A stretch of 63,842 bases of DNA, filler included, from Octopus bimaculoides (Eukaryota): the NCBI RefSeq assembly GCF_001194135.2. It is 4 parts of 4 records of this genome, joined end to end, with 100 filler letters (N's around TTAATTAATTAA, not from the genome) between each part and the next. Parts side by side here need not be neighbours in the genome. Positions count along the whole stretch, not along the records: positions 47,744 to 61,940 come from NC_068983.1; positions 62,041 to 63,842 come from NC_068996.1; 2 more parts are not named here. The stretch is one strand, 5' to 3'. Below are positions 49,191 to 62,379 of the stretch, piece after piece (the first letter of the stretch is position 1; every line of letters starts with the position of its first letter). A program made the position numbers and the translations under genes. The notes beneath the pieces were generated by a model that was not told where the DNA came from, did no database searches, and was given only the letters and a program-made list of their open reading frames with translations.

Positions 49191-50424
49191 AATATTGATT
49201 TCTAGTCTAGACATAAGGTCATACATTTTTGGGAAGCTGTACAGACGATTAAACGAATACAGTTACTTGACTAGAAAATTATTTTATCGATCTCGGCATA
49301 TGAAAGGTAGATTTGACCTCGAGGAATGGGATGGGTAATGTGAATGCCGAACATAAAGAGGTGTAACTTAATACTGCATTTATACTTTATTCGACTGATT
49401 CTACTAACTTACTGTCTTCCTAGTAATTATACAATATTAAAATGTATTCTGCTGTGATGGCATTCGTTATATAGTCGAGCGCTTTAGCGACATCATAAAT
49501 ATATTTCATAAAAATTGCTGATATTTCAGACAAATTAATTTAATCAGAATCGTTTATGTGATTAAGAACTGTCACCGACTTCACCACTCCTCTTTGTCTT
49601 GTGTGACAATAACTATAGTGAATAATTATTATTGATTTCTTACTTTTGCAAAATTGAACAAAATGCCTCGCAAGGGATGGAAGCACTGGCAGCGTAAGTT
49701 AAGTTCTTGGCAGTGTTGTCGTTTAGTCCTAGATTATCTCTGATCGAGCAGACCTACAACGAACGGCTTTAAACAACTAGAATCATTCTCTTGCTTTTTT
49801 TCCTTTTTTTCAGGATAGCTAGAAATATATCATGCCATGTACCTTGCCTATTTTTCAAGATGGTACAGTGAGATTTTAGGGATGTTTGGCTATATATTGC
49901 AATCCACTTAGCGAACTTAGTCTGTTAGAAGCTTATCTTTTGTTCACGTTACGATTATAATTATGACAAACCAATGACCGACCAGAAGTAACTGCCTAAT
50001 CTCTCCACATAGCAATCTACCGCCTTAAAATGTAAACACTGGATAATACAGTTCAAGAGACATTATGTCTGGAAAAATTTTCTTGGCCGCAATATTTTTT
50101 ATCCTAGAGCTGCACTGTTAGAACTAAAGTGTAGTTAAATAACAACAACAATCTTACTGCTGTAGATGAACGACATTGTTATCGAATGACGTATTAAGAA
50201 AGGTTTAAAAAACAACACAACACTGCTAGAGTCTATACTTAATAGTTATAATTAGACACAAAATTTATTTAATTCTGTGGTTCATTAACTTTCTGTTCAC
50301 AGTTCAATTTTTGCAACAAAAAAACTGTTTGATGATGGTGGGAGTGACGTTAAGGTTTATAAAAACTCGACATGATGTAAATTTTGAATAAATAAACACA
50401 AATCTTAAGTGGAAATGAAATAGT

Positions 50425-50650
50425 TTCTGATTCAGGAACATGCCCTGCAATTCGAGAGGAAGGTATTAGTCGATACCATCAGGCCCATTGCTAAACTAGT
50501 ACTTTACTTTATCGACCCCCGGGGGGGGGGGGGGGATAAAAGCAAAGTTGACTTCAAAAGGATTTTAACTCAGAGTGTAGACATCCAGAAGAAATGTTGC
50601 AAAGCCTTTTTCTGACGTTCTATTGAATGTGTCAACTCGCTGCCCTAAAG
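50425..50650 (-). mobile_element. Degenerate SINE group B
   Basis: TTTATCGACCCC...GGATAAAAGCAAAGTTGAC...AACTCAGAG. Confidence 0.7.
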
Positions 50651-52209
50651 TTGAAATAAAATAACACCCACTAAATCACACGACACAGAAATTTGTCGTA
50701 TCCTACATTAGGCCCTTGACTAAAAGGTCTAATATATTTAGCGGGCTTCCACACTGTTTCCTACTACCCCGTTACCCTCACAAGATTCGTGTCGACCCGA
50801 GACGCTGGTATAAGACACCCAAAATGCCATGTGATGGAATGCTACTCGAGATTATATGATTGTGAAGCGAATTTCTGAATCACTTAGCTATTCTTGAATC
50901 CATTTACAGAAATTTATGGAGCGAAAGCCTCGGCTAAATGAAACTTCAGAAGATACTTTAACACTGAATACAACCAGCAGAAACTTGCCCTTTCAACTTA
51001 AACTTAATTTCCTTCGTAATTAGAATTATGTAATTCCATTTATGCATTCTGTTATCAAGGAGCCATTTATAACTAAATCTGCAGTTCTCTTCAATGATGT
51101 AAGCCTACATACTTTCATGTTTTCTAGTCATTAATACGATGAAATGCATTTCCTATAACATTTCAGTTATGCCACGAATAGAAAGTCACCTTCAGCTGCA
51201 TCTATTAAAAGATTATCTTTTACCTTATAATGTATTATTCTAGATAACATTAGGTAATACTAGCATACATTTCGATGTCATCAAATTAAAACAGAACTTT
51301 TTACTGAATATTAGTTCAATGTTTAAGTGTTAGATATTCACATATTAACTTCGTTTCATTAGATTTTAATGCTTCGTAACCCATAATGGAAAGTTGAATC
51401 AACACAGAAAACTTTGTCCTTACGTTCTGTGTTGAGGGCAAGTAAACTTGCACAGACCCATCCTTCTCTGTGCTATTAACTACATTCATAATTGTTCATA
51501 GGATGAATAGTAAAATATCAGGACAAGGAATTGAATCTGTGTCTTAGATTTCAATTATAATAAGGAGCTGATCACACTTCTCCGGCCTCGTTCGTATTCT
51601 ATCGATTGCTGTCCGCACAACAAATTAATATTATACAAGTAGTCTTAATTAGACAATCCTTTTACTGGCTATCGCATTTCTTATTTCCGTAACATATTTT
51701 AGATCCACTGCATTTTGTGAAGAACAAAATTAATCTCTCTATTTCGATATAACTCTAATCTATCGCTTAGGATAATCATAATTAAGCTGATTCTTTAAAT
51801 CTAAATCGGTTCAAATAATCGGATATTAGTTTACTGTTGAAAGAGAAATTGCGTAAAGGTGGCATAGACGCTTACAGTGAATAAATGCGCAACTGGATGC
51901 TTTACTGTATATAAGCTCGATTGCACAATATCCTGAGTTTAAATACTTCCAAAGAGAATTTATCTTTGCATTCTTTGATAATTCTTATTTCCGTAATCCA
52001 TTCGGTTGTTGAATTCTTTTGAAGACATAATTAATTCGGTGATCCAAGGAATAATAAATTATAATAATTTCTCGCTGCCTTCTCCAGAAAAAATATATAA
52101 GCTTATGCTTAAAATTTAACAAGGAACTAGTGAATTATATTTTACTCCAGTTTCTTATGGCTTGAATTTTATCAGTTTATCATACTTATTTACAGTTTAT
52201 ATATATATG

Positions 52210-52426
52210 TGACCGCGTGTGCAAATTTGGCGATTATCTTTCTCCGTGTTCTCTTCTTTGGACTTTTCCTATATTTCTGACGAAGATCTCCGATCGAAAC
52301 GTTAAATCCTCTTTCTTTTCTTTCCTTTCCTTAGCGTCCGATAACACTGTACTTTTTCCACGTCCTCGCGTTGTTTTTTCACGTTTTTTTCATGTTTTTT
52401 CTTGTTTGTTCGTGTTTAAATTGACT
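52210..52426 (+). mobile_element. Penelope-like terminal-repeat fragment containing a minimal hammerhead
   Basis: ATTT-CTGACGA-A-GATC-TCC-GATC-GAAA-CG-TT-AAAT at 52273-52307; T-rich tail; bounded by (TA)n. The PLE link follows from the known association of minimal hammerheads with PLE terminal repeats. Confidence 0.6.
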
Positions 52427-52903
52427 ATATATATATATATATATATNNNNNNNNNNNNNNNNNNNNNNNNNNNNNNNNNNNNNNNNNNNNNNNNNNNNNN
52501 NNNNNNNNNNNNNNNNNNNNNNNNNNNNNNNNNNNNNNNNNNNNNNNNNNNNNNNNNNNNNNNNNNNNNNNNNNNNNNNNNNNNNNNNNNNNNNNNNNNN
52601 NNNNNNNNNNNNNNNNNNNNNNNNNNNNNNNNNNNNNNNNNNNNNNNNNNNNNNNNNNNNNNNNNNNNNNNNNNNNNNNNNNNNNNNNNNNNNNNNNNNN
52701 NNNNNNNNNNNNNNNNNNNNNNNNNNNNNNNNNNNNNNNNNNNNNNNNNNNNNNNNNNNNNNNNNNNNNNNNNNNNNNNNNNNNNNNNNNNNNNNNNNNN
52801 NNNNNNNNNNNNNNNNNNNNNNNNNNNNNNNNNNNNNNNNNNNNNNNNNNNNNNNNNNNNNNNNNNNNNNNNNNNNNNNNNNNNNNNNNNNNNATTATTA
52901 TTA

Positions 52904-52955
<52 letters not shown>

Positions 52956-54812
52956 GTTCGTACAGTTACGTTTAATTATCAGAATAAAACAGTACATGTA
53001 TCTATCAATAACAAGCCTGTGGATTTGTTACATGCGTATTATATATATATATTAGAATTTGCTGTCTTGTCATTCATGTTCATTTAATAGAACCCAGTAA
53101 CATACTACGTTCGTACTAACTTTACTTGTTCCGATGTAAAATAAATCAATAACCCACAGCAAGAGTAGAATATAAACTGATATGCTAATTCTTTCTTCTG
53201 CTCATTATGGCAAAGTTATTATTAGACGAAAGTAAAATATTTTGATACCGCAGAGTTGAAGTATTTTAAATGTGGGTGTGCGTGTGTATCTTCCCAGGAG
53301 TGTGTGTGTGTGTGTGTGTACGCGAGCACGCACGTGTGTGTAAATAAGCTTTAATTTAAATTAGCATTTTCATTACGTGCGATGTATTTGATTTTAGACT
53401 AATTTTCAGTTTCATCATGTCACATTTCTCTCGAATCGTATTGATAGGAACAGGAATAATTTTCGAAGCTTTCGCTGTTATTGTTTGTTTTACATGATTA
53501 TTTATTTATATTTTGGGTGTGGGGGTGGATGTCTCTCGGTAACAATTTAGCCCCACTTTGATTTTGAGAAAGTTAAACTTTTAGTCTAATTGTCTTCTAA
53601 CGAGTTGAGTTGAAATTAGAAGTGTTCAAATAATCACTGCAGAACAAATTACTGGATAGAAAAAAATAATGATGAAAATTGAAGAAAGGTTGAAGAAAAA
53701 TTCATAATCTTCCGAAGATAAAAATAGTAAATATTTTCTTACATTTTCGCTGATAAAAAAAAATAACACTTTCTTGAAATGTAGAAAAACTTTAAACCTT
53801 TCATTTGAGAAGAAAAAAGAACAGACTTGTGTTGATAATTTTTATGTCTTTATTTTTAGGGGGTGGTTGTATTTGTGGAATAATCTTGCTCTACGTTTCC
53901 AGTCTAATCACGTATAAACATATTTACTTCAGGAATAACATTGATTTCTTGCTTTACTGTATGTCTAGGAAAATGTTGACTGAATTAGTTTGCAAATTCT
54001 GTTCACCAAGGCCTTTCTTATCTACCACTAAGCCAAGAACGACACTACTGCTAATTTGTTGATTATGCATGAACCTCTAGATGGGTGAGACATCGATATG
54101 ATAGGATGCTAGGCAACCAACTGGCCGATCTATAGTTTGTATACACGGTCAGTATTATTTAGCTTTAAACGATTCTAAATTGAAAACACCTTAATTGTAA
54201 GCAAATACGAGTGGTCTTGATCGTTTTATTTTGTTATTTGACTTTTTTTAGTTATAATTAAAGAAGTGCTTTTATAGGCATTTCAAAACTAGGTGTTATG
54301 AATAATTATTTGAAGTAACAGGATTATTATAAATAAAAAAATAAATAAAAATTTACTTTCTTTGGATGGCAATACTGAGTTCTTCACGAATGGAAAACTT
54401 ATCGGGCTTCATTCGCATTTTATATAACCACGTGATTCTATGGCAAACGCCATAGTTTCCACCCATCAAATAAGAAAGAATTTGTGAGTAGGAAATTAAA
54501 ACAAAATATCAGTGAAACTACTGCATCTTTCTTATTGAATTCGGACAACGATACGCAGAGAAAAAAGATGAGGACCACCAAGCAGCATCAGCAGCATCAG
54601 CAGCACACAAGGCGTTTATAGACCTTCCCAGACTAGTGAGATCAGTCATAATTTAGTTGAAATATATTCGTAGGTTGATATCTGCAAAAAAATATAATTA
54701 AATTAAATACAATAAACTAAGTTGTATGGAATTCCAGAAGACTGCATTTCTAAAGAAATGTTTTTAGAAAATGGGTAATATGTGGCTTACATCCGAGAAC
54801 TTGCATTAATAT

Positions 54813-55030
54813 TAGTTTCAAATTTTGGCAGAAGACCAGCAAGTTCAGGGATTGGGGTATGTCAATTACGTCGACCTCAGCACTTAATTCTTACCTTCTT
54901 TTTTTTTTTACCCGGAAAGAATGAAAGGCTAAGTCGGTCTTGGTGGAATCTGAACTCAGAACATAAAGACGGACGAAATGCCACTAAGCATTTTGTCCAG
55001 CATGCAAATGATTCTGCCAGCTTGCCGCCC
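54813..55030 (-). mobile_element. SINE group B with ~18-bp TSD
   Basis: GAGAACTTG[CT]ATTAATAT at 54795-54812 and 55033-55050. Confidence 0.88.
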
Positions 55031-55063
55031 AAGAGAACTTGTATTAATATCAATGTTTCACCG

Positions 55064-55270
55064 TAAGGCGGTGAGGTGACAGAATCGTTAGCATACCGGA
55101 CAAAATGCTTAACGGCATTTCGTCCATCTTTACGCTCTGAGTTCAAATTCCGCCGAGGTCGACTTTGCCTTTCATCCTTTCAGGATCGATAAAGTAAGTA
55201 CTAGTTAAGCACTGGGATCGAGTTAATCAATTTATTCTCTCCCCCGAATTTACTGGCCTTTTGCCACAAT
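55064..55270 (+). mobile_element. SINE group B, head-to-head with the previous copy
   Basis: AAGGCGGTGAGGTGACAGAATCGTTAGC...GAGGTCGACTTTGCCTTTCATCC. Confidence 0.9.
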
Positions 55271-56437
55271 ATTAACAATACCACAGAAAAGTGATGAAAT
55301 ATTCAATTTGATAAAATATTGAATTACTAGATAAGATACTGGCATTTAATACATCCCACAGTTGATGTTTCTGCGCTGCCTTAGCTGACCTTTCTGAGAG
55401 AAACATTCACCAGAGTGTTCTGAAAAATTATTGAAATATCATCTGCTCATGAAAGACGTTAGTTAAAGCTGGTTTAAACGCTAGCCTTACAGATCGTTAT
55501 CACATGAAAGTTTTAATATTAGGATAAAACTAATATTAAAGGTATCTCTACCTAGCGCATTTTGATTCTATTGTAACCCTTTTATTTATGATATAATGTC
55601 ATTCATAATATAATCTTATTTTTAATCAATGGAAAAATTAAGGCGGGATTGATGGAGAATGTAATATAAAACAAAAAAAAACGGAAGAAAAGAAAATGTT
55701 GGCAGAAGAAACTAACTACCTGTATAATACCACTGGCAAAAGATCCTTTTTCAGCTGATTCGAAAAACATAATATGATATTTAAAAATAGAGTAAAGTAT
55801 TTTCCAGGCAATTCAATTTTCAATTAAATTTCTGCTGAGTCACTTTTGCAGAGAAATAGAACAATTGATAACAGACAGGTTGTTCACAAATTATCTTTAC
55901 AACTTCCACAATTTACTGTATCTATAAGTTGAAATCCGTCGATGCGTTACGTGCTGTCAATGGTACCCGCATGGAAGTCTCCTGACGTTTCTAAAAAAAC
56001 TTTATTTCTTTGCCTATGTTTTTCAATAAATTCTGCTGAGATATCCTTGTTTTTCATGGTTTTGAGTTTTATTTTTTAGTTTTTTAGTTTTTTTTTTAGT
56101 TTTTTCTAATCGTAAAGGTAACTATGGACACCCATAATTTCATGCTCAGTGGGGTGGAAGAATGAGATTCCAAGACGTTCGCACGAGTGTTGTGTGTTTT
56201 GAATAACGTACGCAGCACAAATGAAATTAATTGACTTCTACAAAGGCTAGGGAATACTCCATGAACAAATGTTCACAAGAAATTTTTATTTTTCGTTATT
56301 GCACCATTTTGAAACTGCGAGGAGATAACTAGCAATCGTTACTAAATAAAATACCTGTGAGTATTAAAATTAACTTAAATGATTTTACCCATGTGAAGTC
56401 TTGTGTGTATGTTTTGAAATCTATATTATGAGACTTA

Positions 56438-56650
56438 GAAGGCGACGTGCTGGCAGAAATGTTAGCACGTCGGGCGAAATGCTTAGCCATATTAAGTCTG
56501 TCTTTACGTTCTTAGTTCAAATTCCGCCGAGGTCGCCTTTTCTTCTCATTCTTTCGGGGTCGATAAATTAAGTAACACTTGCGTACTGGGGTCGAGCTAA
56601 TTGACTGGACCCTCCCCCAAAATTTCGGGCCTTGTGCATAGAGTAGGGAA
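56438..56650 (+). mobile_element. Full-length SINE group B
   Basis: Head, B box, core and tail CCCCCAAAATTTCGGGCCTTGTG are present. Confidence 0.9.
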
Positions 56651-58324
56651 AAAAAGGAATATTACGAAACTTAGAACATATTTGACATTTCGATCATGAT
56701 ACGAGTGTTGATTTTGTTGAAAATTAAAAAGTGATGTAAAAGAAAACTAGATTCCTCTATGTCTTCAATTGCGATGTCATACACTTCATAGAAAATTTAC
56801 TTTTGAAATAATATAGATATGGTGAGCAATATAGTTAAGTACAAGTTACTATACTTGATGTGGTGATGCAAAAATAATAATTAACTGACAATGTAATCGT
56901 ATGGAGAAGAAAACTAATTGATGGTAATGAAAATTGGCAAGGGTGAGAACTCACATTTTGCACTAATCGTATTTTGGGTCGATTACAATTTCTGAAGTTT
57001 GCTCTTTGGCTCCCTTTGAGATAAATTTTCATTAACGCTCATTATTCATCTTCTCATTACGATTATAATTTCAATTGATTGAAAAATATTTTCGGCTCAC
57101 TAGCTTAAGTATGGCATCATGCATTTAACTATGTTCCTTATGCAGAAAGCACCCATGGGAAATTTTCCAATATCATAATGAACAATATGGCTTATTAGCA
57201 AAAGTAGTATTTTAAAAGACATCGACAACGAAAAAAACAAAACATGTAAAGGTCATCCAAGTAGAGTAAGGAAATTTGTACTATTAAACTGGTGAGAACC
57301 AGATGTAAAAAAATGTTAATGAAGCGAGGAGTAAAATGGCGGATTCATCTTACCGAATATAAATCAATAAATGCTAAGGACATTTTCTATTATAAGAATT
57401 GTAAATAATCAAACTGTTAAAGATATCTTAAAACGATAAAATCTAAGATAAGGAGCTGAACAACAGTACTTAGTATCTCAAAATTAACGCTCAACTTCTG
57501 ATCAGGAAGGCTTATGATCAAATGCATTCTACGTATGATCATTCCGCATTTTTGTATCAACACATAGGGTATGATTTGAGTGTATATGGCTGTTGTTTAT
57601 ACTTCAGCGACAATGCAGAGCTCTCATGCTGACTGCAAGTAAACTATTCAAGAAAGGAGAATGTGTAAATACACACATCAGAGACGGTAGTTTCGTTAGG
57701 TATTGCTTCATTACCATTTAGTATTCTCATGTGCATCACTTGGAGACGGATAGCCGTAACGGACAGATTTTCTCTCTGATCAAACTAAATTAGATGTAAG
57801 TTGTGCATGTTTTGATGTAAACACTTGTGGGACCGTTTTACACATTCTATAACAGTGTTTTTAAAGGTGTAGTTACAAGTTACACAGGCCAAAAAGGCTA
57901 ACAACAGTTTCATTCAATGATCAATACAAGAACTTTACTTCCATCCGTATTTCTAAAAGCATTTTTAATATTTCAAATGCTACGACAGAATTTAACATTT
58001 TTCTTTCCGTTTTTCTTTTTATATGGTGCAGTAAAATAATCAACTAATAGCAAAAACATGATGATGAGAGAAAACAGGAAATATGATTATAAATACAATT
58101 GAGAATGCAACAGATCGTGATGACATATCTAACGCTACTTGAGGGAACTGAATTATTAGTTAAAGGGTGAAATATTTCAGAATAAAGCTTCTGTGAATAT
58201 CTCCCAATTTTTTCAGGAATCTCCTGGTATGCTAGGAGGAAAATGTAAATTGTAGGAAATATTTTATATATTTCCTGGGGGATTCTTAGTTCAAACTTAC
58301 AAGATTATTGATACACATACATAA

Positions 58325-58380
<56 letters not shown>

Positions 58381-58944
58381 CACACTATATCACACCATAT
58401 CACACACCACGCACGCACACAAACACATACATGCACATACATATATATGTGGTATACTGAATTGGATCTACAACAAATTAGATGCAAATTTTGGCAGTTC
58501 TCTTTTAGAACAAAACGGAAACTACTCTACAGTTGTAAATACAAGCATCGGCACATCTAAAACCACAAAAACTAGCTACTTTAGGTCCCTGAACATTGCT
58601 AGCCAAAAACAGATTCATTAGTTACACAGTTCCTTCCGAACCAACCAGCAAGCTAACGGTTTAGAGCAGGATGTAATCAAATGTTAAATAATAAGTATTT
58701 TATACATAATTACTGCCTCTCATGAAAGATATATAATACAAGCTACTCCCTCTTGAACCGACAGCACATCCTATCAGATCTAAAGACGATGAGTATTATT
58801 TATTTTTTCCTTAGCTCCGACAAGGTAATATCTATACAATACTTTGTTATATAATCTGTAAGCGAAACACAATCAAATTAAGGAAAGGTATGTTAATTCA
58901 TGAAAAATGTCTACTTTCATAGAAATTATATTTGGCGCAAACAT

Positions 58945-59095
58945 GGGTGTGTGGTTAAGACATTCACTTTGCAACAACGCGGTTTGTGGGTTAGTCTCCT
59001 AACATATAACCTAAGGTAGGTGTCTTCTACTACAGCCCCGGGTAAAGTAATGCCTTGTAAATGCATTTGGTAGACTAGGACTATGTAGAACCCTA
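58945..59095 (+). mobile_element. Degenerate SINE group C 5' half
   Basis: GTGTGGTTAAG...GTGTCTTCTACTACAGCC...ATTTGGTAGAC. Confidence 0.65.
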
Positions 59096-59852
59096 TATAT
59101 ATATTGTAGAATATGTTTGCCAATTAAATGTGGCTAACGTAAGGCTAGAGATGGGAACGATGACCTCCCCTCACAAATACTAACCAGACACAGACAGTGT
59201 GTCGTTAGCCAGCTAGAGATGTTTTTTCTTGGGGTTAAAAACACCAGTAACATTGTCCTCTATGGGACCGACACATTTAGTTGGCAAATATATTTTACGA
59301 TTCCGCATTGTTACTATTTACCTTTCGCTCAGAGATTTAATATAGTGTGTGTGTGTGTGTGTGTGTNNNNNNNNNNNNNNNNNNNNNNNNNNNNNNNNNN
59401 NNNNNNNNNNNNNNNNNNNNNNNNNNNNNNNNNNNNNNNNNNNNNNNNNNNNNNNNNNNNNNNNNNNNNNNNNNNNNNNNNNNNNNNNNNNNNNNNNNNN
59501 NNNNNNNNNNNNNNNNNNNNNNNNNNNNNNNNNNNNNNNNNNNNNNNNNNNNNNNNNNNNNNNNNNNNNNNNNNNNNNNNNNNNNNNNNNNNNNNNNNNN
59601 NNNNNNNNNNNNNNNNNNNNNNNNNNNNNNNNNNNNNNNNNNNNNNNNNNNNNNNNNNNNNNNNNNNNNNNNNNNNNNNNNNNNNNNNNNNNNNNNNNNN
59701 NNNNNNNNNNNNNNNNNNNNNNNNNNNNNNNNNNNNNNNNNNNNNNNNNNNNNNNNNNNNNNNNNNNNNNNNNNNNNNNNNNNNNNNNNNNNNNNNNNNN
59801 NNNNNNNNNNNNNNNNNNNNNNNNNNNNNNNNNNNNNNNNNNNNNNNNNNNN

Positions 59853-59889
<37 letters not shown>

Positions 59890-59892
<3 letters not shown>

Positions 59893-61940
59893 TGGTTCCA
59901 ACTGAACCTAGGATTAATTTAAAAGACCATAAGAAGAACTTCCAAGATAACCCATCAGTGAGACTCATTTACCCATCTAAGTCTGACAATGGCAGACTCA
60001 GTAAGCTTATACTTGACAGGATTCTACCTCAAATAGTTCCTAATTTGTCCTTAAAGTTATGGATCAATACCGAAGAGGCCCTAAACTGGTTTAAATCTAT
60101 TGACAACATTAAAAACTTTTCGTCTATTCAGTTTGATATAAATAATTATTATTCTAGCATATCCCCTATTCTCCTAAATAAAACCCTCATTTTTGCTATG
60201 AATCGCTCCCTCATTACTAGGGATAAGATAGACATTATTTTATTAGCTAGAAAAACCATTATAGAATTTGATAACAAGCTCTGGACGAGAGCCGATACCC
60301 CAGAAAATTTTGATATACCAATGGGATCGAGCGATTCGGCTGAGGTTACAAACCTAGTGGGGACTTACCTCTTATATTGCTTAAACAAAGAAATCCCTGA
60401 ACTAAAAGGTGGTCTNNNNNNNNNNNNNNNNNNNNNNNNNNNNNNNNNNNNNNNNNNNNNNNNNNNNNNNNNNNNNNNNNNNNNNNNNNNNNNNNNNNNN
60501 NNNNNNNNNNNNNNNNNNNNNNNNNNNNNNNNNNNNNNNNNNNNNNNNNNNNNNNNNNNNNNNNNNNNNNNNNNNNNNNNNNNNNNNNNNNNNNNNNNNN
60601 NNNNNNNNNNNNNNNNNNNNNNNNNNNNNNNNNNNNNNNNNNNNNNNNNNNNNNNNNNNNNNNNNNNNNNNNNNNNNNNNNNNNNNNNNNNNNNNNNNNN
60701 NNNNNNNNNNNNNNNNNNNNNNNNNNNNNNNNNNNNNNNNNNNNNNNNNNNNNNNNNNNNNNNNNNNNNNNNNNNNNNNNNNNNNNNNNNNNNNNNNNNN
60801 NNNNNNNNNNNNNNNNNNNNNNNNNNNNNNNNNNNNNNNNNNNNNNNNNNNNNNNNNNNNNNNNNNNNNNNNNNNNNNNNNNNNNNNNNNNNNNNNNNNN
60901 NNNNNNNNNNNNNNNNNNNNNNNNNNNNNNNNNNNNNNNNNNNNNNNNNNNNNNNNNNNNNNNNNNNNNNNNNNNNNNNNNNNNNNNNNNNNNNNNNNNN
61001 NNNNNNNNNNAATAGTAAACTATATGCTAACACTAGTAATAAACCTATGTTAGTAGACAGTAATGTTGAATCAAATGATAAAAATAATAAGCATCCCACA
61101 ACTAAAAGAACTACTAATCATAATAATAATATTGTTCTGGGAAGTAATAGTAATCATAGCACACCCCATACCCACCCACGCAATAAATTTAAGAGAAAAA
61201 TAAAAACTCTATCTGGTTAAATATACCCTTCAACTGTGCAATATCCACAAATATTTACAAAAAATTCATGAATATTTTACAAAAAAATTTCCCTTCTTCC
61301 CACAGATATAGTAAAATCTTCTCTTGTCATACAGTCAGAATTTCTTACTCTACTCTTCCTAATGTGGGTACAATCATAGGTTAAACAAAAAGAACATCAA
61401 GTCAACTAGAATAAATGAAGTTACAAATAGTGGTCATACGAATACACATAATAATCTAGCTAATACCAATAATGATGCTACTAATAATTATACAAATAGA
61501 AGCGAAAATAACAATGGCGAAAGAAATTATGAAGGTAGTAACAATATACTTAGTCCTACCAACCATAATTTCAACCAACAAATAGAATGCATCAGTAATG
61601 ACGTTGCGGTTTTAACTGAAGTTGATGATAGGCCCAACTCCAATAGAAATAATAGTGATCAAGGACCTAGTTCATATAATATCAATATGCCTAATGTGGA
61701 AAGAATAAGTCCAACTGATAGCACATCAAGATATGAATTAAATAATGATGGTAATAATCAATATATACCTAATAATAGAATTGAAGAATTGATAAATGAT
61801 ATTAGTGTAAATAATTGTAGTAATAATAATAATAGAGATATTAGAAATAATATAGGTGGGGTTGATAACCCCATCATGTGCAACTGTAGAAAAAAGTCCC
61901 ATTGTCCTTTATTTGGATTTTGTTGCACCCGTAACGTAGT
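59890..61940 (+). mobile_element. Penelope-like retroelement (RT, thumb and Cys motif preceding a GIY-YIG endonuclease), truncated and frameshifted
   Basis: WINTEEALNWF, QFDINNYYSSI, FDIPMGSSDSAEVTNLVGTYLL...GG, IWLNIPFN...ISYSTLPN and CNCRKKSHCPLFGFC...NVV. These motifs are typical of PLEs with a C-terminal endonuclease. The GIY-YIG motif itself is cut off by the linker. Confidence 0.88.
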
Positions 61941-62040
61941 NNNNNNNNNNNNNNNNNNNNNNNNNNNNNNNNNNNNNNNNNNNNTTAATTAATTAANNNN
62001 NNNNNNNNNNNNNNNNNNNNNNNNNNNNNNNNNNNNNNNN
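61941..62040. other. Artificial scaffold linker N44-TTAATTAATTAA-N44
   Basis: Identical 100-bp format to the other two linkers. Confidence 0.95.
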
Positions 62041-62379
62041 TTTCATGTGCCACCCGCACAAGAGCCAGTCTAGGGCCACTGGCAACGATCTCGCTCGAAA
62101 ATCCCACGAAGGCCAACCAGGCGGTACTGGCAACGGCCTCACTCAAACTTGTGTAGGGTTTCATATTAGGATAGATTGGGGTTCAGAATTTAGACCCTAT
62201 TAGGGTTAGCTTGGGGATTCGTGAAATGTTTTTAGAGAGATTAGTTAGGTAAGAGATCAAAGTTTGAACTAAGGCTTAGGCTTTGCTGTGATGGGGAGAG
62301 GGCAGAGATTAAACAGGATCAGTATTCAAGATGAAGGGGTTTATTGTGAGTGTTAATCATGGGTTAATGTTGGGTTTGT

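Noticed and set aside
49658-49695. ATG...MPRKGWKHWQ followed by GTAAGT (possible first exon)
   Set aside because: Only 10 codons, with no promoter or downstream exon support, and it adjoins a dispersed repeat.
57722-57795. AG/GTAAGT-bounded segment
   Set aside because: Stop codons in all three frames.
643-61099. Long ORFs in the track made of X runs or HT/YI/CV/SL/ER repeats
   Set aside because: They are translations of N gaps and dinucleotide or triplet microsatellites, not genes.
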